IMG/VR virus record: IMGVR_UViG_3300030376_001843 | Location: 1-38,004 of that record | Length of the DNA: 38,004 bases | Origin: a virus | Lineage: Duplodnaviria; Caudoviricetes | Strand: one strand, 5' to 3' | Shown: positions 1-6,968 of the stretch, in pieces | Numbering within the stretch: position 1 is the stretch's first letter | Layout of the letters: each line of letters begins with the position of its first letter | Translations under genes and position numbers: made by a program | The notes under the pieces: generated by a model | Database searches by the model: none | What the model was told of the DNA's origin: nothing | The model's input: the letters and a program-made list of their open reading frames with translations, nothing else

Positions 1-49
1 TGCCATTTAATCCAATGCCTTCTAGATGTCTATATATTCTATATTTCAT
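1..49 (-). CDS. 5' part of a small hypothetical protein (MKYRIYRHLEGIGLNG...), truncated by the window edge; copy of 34730-34939
   Basis: ATG at 49 with upstream GGAG; identical to the start of ORF 34730..34939. Confidence 0.8.
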   Translation of the reverse strand, partial: MKYRIYRHLEGIGLNG

Positions 50-230
50 TTACTTTCTCCTTATCTTGGTCTATTAAAATCTTATCTATTAATGAATTAC
101 AGTCTTTTAAGACTTCTAATAACTCATTGCTCCAGGTCTTGTCATTTTGCAGCTTGTAAGTCAGTAATGCTTTAATAGAACCGCACCTATTTGATAATAA
201 GGCATCATCTAACCCTTCAAAATTTGCCAT
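39..230 (-). CDS. Small hypothetical early protein (63 aa); allele of 34939-35121
   Basis: ORF track; SD GGGGG; 54 of the first 60 aa are identical to the right-end copy. Confidence 0.8.
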   Translation of the reverse strand: MANFEGLDDALLSNRCGSIKALLTYKLQNDKTWSNELLEVLKDCNSLIDKILIDQDKEKVNEI

Positions 231-241
231 TATAACCCCCT

Positions 242-415
242 TTAATTGTTAAAATATGTATCCCAAAACTGTTCTTTAGGAATGTTTAATTTTTTTGATA
301 ACTTGTGTGCCTGGATATATATCCGGTCAAATTGGTCATCAGTTCCTGATCTAGCAAGCAAAAAATTATAATTGCTTACTAGGTCATTTATTTGTTTAAT
401 TATTGTTTTATTAAT
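242..415 (-). CDS. Small hypothetical protein (57 aa, INKTIIKQINDLVSNYNFLLARSGTD...), probable ATT start
   Basis: Read by hand. The frame is conserved with 35476-35649 (46/57 aa identical). GGAG lies 7 nt before ATT, and there is an in-frame TAA five codons upstream. Confidence 0.65.
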   Translation of the reverse strand: MNKTIIKQINDLVSNYNFLLARSGTDDQFDRIYIQAHKLSKKLNIPKEQFWDTYFNN

Positions 416-584
416 CTTTATTCTCCTTTAATACTTCTACAAATTTTTCAGAATGGTCTATTTCTATATTATCAAAACCACAACCTTCTTCCATAACAAA
501 TCTTTTTGCTTCTTGTTTACTATTTGCTTCAATAAAATATTTATTTTTTATTGTTTCTATTGTTATTACTGCATATTTACTCAT
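411..584 (-). CDS. Small hypothetical protein (57 aa from MSKY), DpnD/PcfM-like motif YxIEAxSxxEA
   Basis: ORF track 411..599; SD GGAG spacing favours the ATG at 584; motif shared with 35288-35464. Confidence 0.7.
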   Translation of the reverse strand: MSKYAVITIETIKNKYFIEANSKQEAKRFVMEEGCGFDNIEIDHSEKFVEVLKENKD

Positions 585-882
585 CATCATTCTCCTCATC
601 TTTTGTAGGATCGTAGGCTCTTGGGTCAGTAGGTGCTACATAATCACTCCAATGTTTATATTCATACTTGCCCTCATTATCTCCGTATTCACTAATTCCG
701 CCTTGTTTTTTAAGGTCATATAATTCTACAACCTCTCTCAAAGCATCCATCATCTCATCAATTTGTATATATCGTAAACAACCTATACCCTCTGATAAAG
801 TAGTATGTATATCATCAGCTTTATTTACTAATGTTAATAATTCATTACTTACTATTAGTTTTTTATTTTGTTTTTTAGTCAT
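577..882 (-). CDS. Hypothetical acidic early protein (101 aa)
   Basis: ORF track; SD GGGAGTGA; frameshifted homolog at 35952-36177. Confidence 0.8.
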   Translation of the reverse strand: MTKKQNKKLIVSNELLTLVNKADDIHTTLSEGIGCLRYIQIDEMMDALREVVELYDLKKQGGISEYGDNEGKYEYKHWSDYVAPTDPRAYDPTKDEENDDE

Positions 883-917
883 TACTCACTCCCATATTAT
901 CTTATTACAAAGCCTCT

Positions 918-970
918 TAATAGAGGGTAAACCGCACCATATTAGCTATAATGCGGTTTGCTCTCCATTA
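918..970 (-). promoter_or_regulatory. Long intergenic RNA hairpin (possible RNase III or processing site)
   Basis: TAATGGAG..AAACCGCATTATA-GCTAA-TATGGTGCGGTTT..CTCTATTA on the minus strand, with G-U pairs; conserved at 36213-36265. Confidence 0.6.
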
Positions 971-1072
971 TAAGTAACTGTAGTAATTAAAAGCACTCAT
1001 TAGAACATAATAAGCGATTAACACACTATTAATAGACCATATTACTATCAATATACTTATTAATATATTCAT
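968..1072 (-). CDS. Small hydrophobic membrane peptide (34 aa, MNILISILIVIWSINSVLIAYYVLMSAFNYYSYL)
   Basis: Read by hand; SD AGGGAG; one hydrophobic helix; a similar peptide occupies the same slot at 36263-36361. Confidence 0.6.
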   Translation of the reverse strand: MNILISILIVIWSINSVLIAYYVLMSAFNYYSYL

Positions 1073-1075
1073 TGT

Positions 1076-1378
1076 TTAAACTCCCTTATTTCTAATAAAT
1101 TCATCACTACTATCAAAATAATCAGGTTCTTCATATTTTGTTTTTAAATCAATATAACCTTTACTATTCTTTATAGTGTAGCCTTTCGGTTCTATTAACT
1201 TAATAAACTTGATAAGGTCACAATCTTCCTCAAGATATAAACAAGCATTTTCTTTGTTGTAATATGAATATTCTGAAAATTCGCTTGGTTTTATATTCCA
1301 CCCTAGTAAATCGTATTTAGATACTTTTAAATAACCATGACTAGCATTATCTATAAATGTTAAATCTAATTTTTGCAT
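1076..1378 (-). CDS. Hypothetical phage protein with HGYLxV...SxYSY...YLEEDCD motifs
   Basis: ORF track; SD GGGAGTGA; the motif pattern is recognised from phage hypothetical proteins, function unknown. Confidence 0.8.
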   Translation of the reverse strand: MQKLDLTFIDNASHGYLKVSKYDLLGWNIKPSEFSEYSYYNKENACLYLEEDCDLIKFIKLIEPKGYTIKNSKGYIDLKTKYEEPDYFDSSDEFIRNKGV

Positions 1379-1399
1379 TATTCACTCCCTTATTTATTA

Positions 1400-1693
1400 T
1401 TAATATTGTTGAATTATTATTTTTTCACTATTAGGGATTTCTATGACTTGTGTATGAGCATATAAATCTTCTAAATTTTCTAAATCATTATAATCGTTTT
1501 GAATTTCCTCAAAATTTTCATATTCTGAAAATTCACATCTAAATGCTATGGGATCAAATTCAATTTCAGTTGCACAATCATTTTCATATTGTTCAAAATA
1601 ATCAAATAAAGCACTAGCACCCTCATAACTAAAACCATGTTTATCTTGTGCCATTTCCTCAACAAATTGAAATTTTGTAATTGCATCTTTCAT
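1400..1693 (-). CDS. Highly acidic early protein, possible DNA mimic or anti-restriction protein
   Basis: ORF track; D/E- and aromatic-rich (FSYEG..ALFDYFE..E..DPIA.RCEF); first gene after the leftward promoter. Confidence 0.7.
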   Translation of the reverse strand: MKDAITKFQFVEEMAQDKHGFSYEGASALFDYFEQYENDCATEIEFDPIAFRCEFSEYENFEEIQNDYNDLENLEDLYAHTQVIEIPNSEKIIIQQY

Positions 1694-1729
1694 TTTCTTA
1701 TCACTCCTAATTTAATTTACAATCGCCTT

Positions 1730-1780
1730 AATTGACGATATGTACAAAGATTAATATTTTATGGACAACATGTCAACACT
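1730..1780. promoter_or_regulatory. Overlapping opposed sigma70-like promoters for the early array (leftward) and the XRE gene (rightward)
   Basis: Plus strand TTGACG (1732-1737)-17-TATTTT; minus strand TTGACA (1776-1771)-18-TAATCT. Confidence 0.5.
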
Positions 1781-1822
1781 AATATACAAATAATAATAAA
1801 TAAATATTTAGGAGTTTAGAAA

Positions 1823-2020
1823 ATGATATTACAAGACTTATTAAAACAAGAGAAAATCAATCAATCCCAGCTATCAAAGGAATTGAATGTTAGTGTTTCT
1901 TTATTGAGCAAAATCATCAAAGGGGAGCGTAATATATCTGTGAATTTAGCAAACAAGCTGCACAAAAAATATAATATAGATTATGCGATTCTATTATCTA
2001 GGAGTAATGCCAATGAATAA
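1823..2020 (+). CDS. XRE-family (Cro/CI-like) helix-turn-helix regulator
   Basis: INQSQLSKELNVSVSLLSKIIKGERNIS matches the XRE HTH pattern; SD AGGAG. Confidence 0.85.
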   Translation: MILQDLLKQEKINQSQLSKELNVSVSLLSKIIKGERNISVNLANKLHKKYNIDYAILLSRSNANE

Positions 2021-2492
2021 AGATTTATTTTATTATCCTTTTTATCCTAAACAGTGGGCGATCAAAACTAACATTTTAACACTTGAAGAAAAGGGAGCAT
2101 ATTTAGAGATAATTAATGCCATTTATATAAATGATGAAATAGAAATATTTGAGAAACATATACCCAATATCTTGGGCATCTCAAAAGGTAAAAAGTATTT
2201 CAAATTAATGGAATCATTAAAACCATTCTTAACAGTAACAAATGACAACCCTTTAAAATATACACAATCTAAAATTAAGAAAATTCGTCTATCAGTTAAC
2301 AAATCACTTGCCCAGAAATCATTCGCTGGAAAACAATCTGCAAGGGCAAGGGCTAGGAATAGAACTAAACAAGGTCAACAGCCGTTAAATAGCCGTACCA
2401 ACGAAAACTCAACGAATAACAATAAACAAAATACAAATATAGATAGATTTAGTACAATATCTAATGCAGATATATTAAATAATATGAGTTAA
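2013..2492 (+). CDS. DUF1376/YdaU-family protein (putative replication initiator-like)
   Basis: N-terminal YYPFYPxxW...LTLEEKGAY and later KSxAGKxSA are typical of DUF1376; SD GGAG favours the ATG at 2013. Confidence 0.7.
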   Translation: MNKDLFYYPFYPKQWAIKTNILTLEEKGAYLEIINAIYINDEIEIFEKHIPNILGISKGKKYFKLMESLKPFLTVTNDNPLKYTQSKIKKIRLSVNKSLAQKSFAGKQSARARARNRTKQGQQPLNSRTNENSTNNNKQNTNIDRFSTISNADILNNMS

Positions 2493-2863
2493 GGGCATTA
2501 ATGGTTATATGCTTGGTGATATATTTAATAGGGTTAATCTCTTAATAAAAAAGAACTATTAAATACTTGGCATATCTGTCATAGATAGCAAGTAAGGGGT
2601 TGGGCTAGGGTATACCATACCAACCCACCTTAAAACTCATCTATGGGCATTTATGGGGGTTATAGGCATAAATAAACCTAAACTATAGTTCTAGTTTATT
2701 ATATATTGGTATAGGCAAGGCCGGACAAGGTTCATTCAATGTTTTTTGTTTTGAGATTTTTCAGCCGACCAGCTACCCCCCCCCTAGTAGTCGTGGGGAT
2801 AAAGGAATACTACTCACACTTCTCCTATAAACTTTTTTAAAATAATAATTTGTGGTGTGTAAC

Positions 2864-2893
2864 TTGACGAAGATATAAATATAAATATATTAT
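2864..2893 (+). promoter_or_regulatory. Putative sigma70-like promoter of the packaging/structural operon
   Basis: TTGACG (2864-2869)-18-TATTAT just upstream of terS. Confidence 0.4.
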
Positions 2894-2916
2894 AAAAAAA
2901 ACAAAAAGGTTTTGGT

Positions 2917-3315
2917 ATGGAGATCAAGGTAAGAAAAGATTTAGGTGGTCGCCCTAATTTCAAACCGACCCCAGAGCAAGAGAAGGTATGTTCGTTGGGG
3001 GTAGGGTTTGGATTAACCCATGAGCAGATAGGGAAGTTAGTGGGTTGTAGTGCTAAGACATTGAGGAAACATTTTCAACACGCATTAGAAACTGGTAGGG
3101 AGAGATTGACTATGGATATAGGTAGTCAGTTGTATAAGAAAGCTATGAATGGCGATACGATATCGGCTATATTTTTGGCAAAGACTAAGGGTGGATTTCA
3201 AGAGAAGGTGGAGCATGAAGGAATACCTAATCAGATAAGTGTAAGTTTTTCATTAGACCCACCGAAGGAAATGAAGGTCGTTGAAGGGGAAGTAGAAAAT
3301 AAAAGGATTGAGTAG
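2917..3315 (+). CDS. terS: Terminase small subunit
   Basis: GGRP start, HTH (GLTHEQIGKLVGCSAKTL) and LYKKAMNGD..AIFLAK; stop overlaps the terL start. Confidence 0.8.
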   Translation: MEIKVRKDLGGRPNFKPTPEQEKVCSLGVGFGLTHEQIGKLVGCSAKTLRKHFQHALETGRERLTMDIGSQLYKKAMNGDTISAIFLAKTKGGFQEKVEHEGIPNQISVSFSLDPPKEMKVVEGEVENKRIE

Positions 3316-4649
3316 TGCATATAACAATACCTTATACGCCTAGACCATTACAGGCAAAACTGCATCAGAATAATAAAAGATTTAAAATCTGTGTATCGCA
3401 TAGGCGTTGGGGAAAGTCTGTGTATGCGGTTACCGAGTTATTACGAAAAGCATTAGAATTAAAAACAGAACGAAATGATGGACGCTATGCGTATATTGCT
3501 CCGTATTACCGACAAGCAAAAGCAGTAGCTTGGGATTATCTTGTATATTATACTAGAGATATTCCTGGTACTAAAATTAATCAATCAGAACTAAGAGTAG
3601 ATTTATTAAATGGTAGTCGAATACGATTGTATGGAGCTGGAGATGACCCAGATGCGTTGCGTGGTATATATCTTGATGGCGTAATACTTGATGAATATGC
3701 GGATATGAGTCCTAGAGTATGGTCGGAAGTTGTAAGGCCAGCATTAGTGGATAGAAAAGGTTGGGCAATATTCATTGGTACACCGAAAGGGCGTAATCAA
3801 TTTTGGAGATTATATGAAGATGCTAAACATGATTCAGATTGGTACAGAGTTATTTATAAAGCATCAGAAACAAAAGTTGTAGACCCTAAAGAGTTAGAAG
3901 CTGCAAAGCAACAAATGGGTGAAGATGAATATATGCAAGAGTTTGAATGTAGTTGGGCAGCAGCGATAAAAGGCTCGTATTATGGTAATTTGGTTATAGA
4001 CGCAGAACAAGAAGGTAGAATAACAAAAGTTGAATATGATGAAGCATTGCCTGTGCATGTAGCATGGGATTTAGGTATATCTGATAGTTGTGCTTTATGG
4101 TTTTTTCAAGTTACTATGGGAGAAATAAGAATAATTGATTATTATGAAAGTGGCGGAGTAGGGTTAGATCATTATGTTAAAGTTATGGAAGAATTGCCGT
4201 ATAGTTATTATGGTGATGATTATTTACCCCATGATGCTAAAGTTAGAGAATTAGGAACTGGAAGAACAAGGGCTGAAACTCTGATAAATATGGGTAGACG
4301 ACCTCGTATTGTGCCAAGCCATAAAGTTGATGATGGTATAAATGCAGTACGATTATTACTACAACATTGTTATTTTGACCAAGAAAAATGCGAAGATGGA
4401 TTAAATGCATTAAGAAATTATCAAAGAGATTGGGATGATATTAAAAGAGTTTTTAAAAGAACTCCTTTGCATAATTGGGCATCACATGCAAGTGATAGCT
4501 TCAGATATTTAGCTATGGCATATAAAAATTTAAAACCAAAAACAAAAGATACAGACCCACTAGAAAATTTATATAAACAACCAACGCTTGACGAAATGGT
4601 TGAAATGCACTTACACTCTCAAAAAAATAGAAAACAACCAAGAATATGA
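3315..4649 (+). CDS. terL: Terminase large subunit
   Basis: Walker A HRRWGKS, Walker B ILDEYAD, IGTPKG coupling motif, nuclease WDLG and HASDSFRY; GTG start. Confidence 0.97.
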   Translation: MHITIPYTPRPLQAKLHQNNKRFKICVSHRRWGKSVYAVTELLRKALELKTERNDGRYAYIAPYYRQAKAVAWDYLVYYTRDIPGTKINQSELRVDLLNGSRIRLYGAGDDPDALRGIYLDGVILDEYADMSPRVWSEVVRPALVDRKGWAIFIGTPKGRNQFWRLYEDAKHDSDWYRVIYKASETKVVDPKELEAAKQQMGEDEYMQEFECSWAAAIKGSYYGNLVIDAEQEGRITKVEYDEALPVHVAWDLGISDSCALWFFQVTMGEIRIIDYYESGGVGLDHYVKVMEELPYSYYGDDYLPHDAKVRELGTGRTRAETLINMGRRPRIVPSHKVDDGINAVRLLLQHCYFDQEKCEDGLNALRNYQRDWDDIKRVFKRTPLHNWASHASDSFRYLAMAYKNLKPKTKDTDPLENLYKQPTLDEMVEMHLHSQKNRKQPRI

Positions 4650-4792
4650 CAAAAGTTGAAAAATATTTTGGAGATTTTAAAAAAATGGATTATACTTTTT
4701 TTCAAATGTCAAGTAGATTAGAAAAAAAAGTAAAAAAAAGTAAACCTACTAGGAAAATTAAATGGCAGAAGAAAACACCAGAACAGAATTAG
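4646..4792 (+). CDS. Small basic hypothetical protein (48 aa, MTKVEKYFGDFKK...)
   Basis: Read by hand; ATGA overlap with the terL stop; fills the terL-portal gap. Confidence 0.45.
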   Translation: MTKVEKYFGDFKKMDYTFFQMSSRLEKKVKKSKPTRKIKWQKKTPEQN

Positions 4793-6699
4793 AGTTAAGA
4801 GAAGGCACAGCTCAATACTGGCAGATAGAATTAGAAAATGCGGAAAAGACAGAAGAAGAATGGCGTAAAAGAGGTAGAATTGTTGTAGAAAGATATAGAG
4901 ATGAAAGAAATATAGATGGTATTGGTAGTGCTGATGAGAGAAAATTCAATATATTATGGGCTAATACAGAAACATTAAAAGGTGCATTATTTGCTAAAAT
5001 GGCAAAACCTGATGTAAGAAGGCGTTTTCCTAACGGCAATCCTATAACAAGAGAAATAGCTAAAGTTTTAGAAAGAACATTATCATACGCAAATGATGTT
5101 TATAATGCTAATAAACCTATTGAATCAGCATTAGAAGATTATTTATTGCCGGGAAGAGGAGTCGTATGGGTAGTATATGATCCAGTTTTTATTAAAGAAA
5201 CAGTAGAAATGGAAGAAATTAATGAATTTGGGGAAACAGTAATAATAGAAGTAGAACAAGAAAGAATAGGAGAGCAACGCTGTTATTTTGATTATGTGCA
5301 TTGGGAAGATTACAGAGAAAATCCAGCAAAAAGGCCAGAAGATGTAAGTTGGAAAGCAAGAAGGCATTTATGGACAAGAGATGAATTGAAAGATAAAGGT
5401 TTTTCTAATGCAGAAGATATACCATTAAATTGGTCGCCAGATACGGAAAGCGAAAATTACGAAGCACAAGAAGTATTCAAAAGAGCTGAAATCTGGGAGA
5501 TTTGGGATAGGAAAAAATATAAAAGATATTATATAGCAAAAGGTTATGATAAAATTATTAGAGAAGATGATGACCCTTATGGATTAGAAGGATTTTATCC
5601 TACACCTACACCTATGATAGCTGTTAAAACAAATAATACTAATGTTCCAATTCCTGAATTTACTTTATACCAAGACCAAGCGGAAGAATTAGATAGGGTT
5701 ACTTCTCGTATTTCTCATTTAATCGAAGGGTTAAAAAGGCGTGGAGTATATGATGCAGCAGTACCAGAATTATCTCATTTAGCAAATGCTGGAGATAATG
5801 ATTTTGTACCTAGTGAAAATTTTGCACAATTAGCCAGTAAAGGTGGTTTAGCAGGAGTATTCCAACAAGAAGATATTTCTCCTATTGGCGTTGTTTTACA
5901 AGGATTATATACACAAAGAACACAAATATTAGAAATAATATATGAAGTTACTGGTATATCAGATTTATTAAGAGGTAATACAAAAGCTAGTGAAACAGCG
6001 ACTGCCCAACAATTAAAAGCACAATTTGGTAGTATGCGTATGCGTAAAAGACAAGAAGAAATAGAACGCTATATAAGAGATTTATTTAGAATAAAAGCGG
6101 AAATAGTAGCAGAACATTATGAACCAGAAGTATTACAGGGAATTACAGGATTACAGGTAACTCCAGAAATGATACAAATTATGCGTGATGATAAATTACG
6201 ATCTTATCATATTGATGTAGAAACAGATTCTACTATTTTTGCTGATGAAAATGCAGAAAAACAAACAAGAATAGAGTTTTTGCAAACAATGGGAGCATAT
6301 TTAGAAAAAGCTATTGCCGTATCTAGTGCTAATCCTTTGTTGACGCCTATCGCTTTTCAATCTTTACGATTTTTAGTAGGTGCATGGAAAGTTGGTAGAG
6401 ATTTTGAAGAAGTTATAGACCAAACAGAACAACAGATAATGCAACAATTACAACAACAAATGCAAGCTCCTCCACAACCTAGCGAAGGAGAGAAAATTGC
6501 ACAGTTAAAAGCACAAGCAGAATTACAAAGAGAAAAAATGAAACAAGAAGGTAAATTAGCAGATATTCAAGCTAAATCAGGTGCAGAAATGACTAAAATA
6601 CAGTCTGAAGCAGAACTTTCAAGAGAAAGAAATGCATTAAAAGAAGATTTAGCATTATTAAATACTGATGTAAAATTAGCAGAAAAGGCTATGGAATGA
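4762..6699 (+). CDS. Portal protein (P22-like, long C-terminal coiled coil)
   Basis: Follows terL; 645 aa; FNILWAN, GISDLLRG and ETATAQ motifs; Q-rich helical C-terminus. Confidence 0.9.
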   Translation: MAEENTRTELELREGTAQYWQIELENAEKTEEEWRKRGRIVVERYRDERNIDGIGSADERKFNILWANTETLKGALFAKMAKPDVRRRFPNGNPITREIAKVLERTLSYANDVYNANKPIESALEDYLLPGRGVVWVVYDPVFIKETVEMEEINEFGETVIIEVEQERIGEQRCYFDYVHWEDYRENPAKRPEDVSWKARRHLWTRDELKDKGFSNAEDIPLNWSPDTESENYEAQEVFKRAEIWEIWDRKKYKRYYIAKGYDKIIREDDDPYGLEGFYPTPTPMIAVKTNNTNVPIPEFTLYQDQAEELDRVTSRISHLIEGLKRRGVYDAAVPELSHLANAGDNDFVPSENFAQLASKGGLAGVFQQEDISPIGVVLQGLYTQRTQILEIIYEVTGISDLLRGNTKASETATAQQLKAQFGSMRMRKRQEEIERYIRDLFRIKAEIVAEHYEPEVLQGITGLQVTPEMIQIMRDDKLRSYHIDVETDSTIFADENAEKQTRIEFLQTMGAYLEKAIAVSSANPLLTPIAFQSLRFLVGAWKVGRDFEEVIDQTEQQIMQQLQQQMQAPPQPSEGEKIAQLKAQAELQREKMKQEGKLADIQAKSGAEMTKIQSEAELSRERNALKEDLALLNTDVKLAEKAME

Positions 6700-6956
6700 G
6701 CTATAAAGAGAATTATGAAGATATAAATTGGTCAGGTGGCAAAGAGTATATTAATAAAAAAAGAACTAGACGAGGGAAATCTTTGCAAGTAATGTCTGAT
6801 ATAGAAGAATTTGTTAGCCCAGTTGATAAAACTGTAATAGGTAGTCGTTCTGGATTAAGAAATCATGAAAGACGGCATGGAATCCGTCAAATTGGTAACG
6901 ATTGGTCAGGTGGAGAACGCACAAATAGTGCAAAACCTGATAATTGGCAACAATAA
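6696..6956 (+). CDS. Hypothetical protein (DIEEFVSPVD...SRSGLRxH...GND)
   Basis: ORF track; coupled to the portal stop. Confidence 0.75.
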   Translation: MSYKENYEDINWSGGKEYINKKRTRRGKSLQVMSDIEEFVSPVDKTVIGSRSGLRNHERRHGIRQIGNDWSGGERTNSAKPDNWQQ

Positions 6957-6968
6957 GAAAGGTATAAC

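Larger units (their letters stand above)
1..1712. repeat. Left copy of the imperfect terminal redundancy (early-gene region); counterpart is 34891-~37680
   Basis: Bases 1-50 are identical to 34891-34940. Homologous blocks continue (39-415, 577-970) interleaved with non-homologous genes. The 22-bp leader 1691-1712 is identical to 37659-37680. Confidence 0.9.

Noticed and set aside
668-973. Plus-strand 101-aa ORF (and the similar 35856-36113)
   Set aside because: Antisense shadow of minus-strand genes that have clear SDs; no RBS and the frame is not conserved between the two copies.
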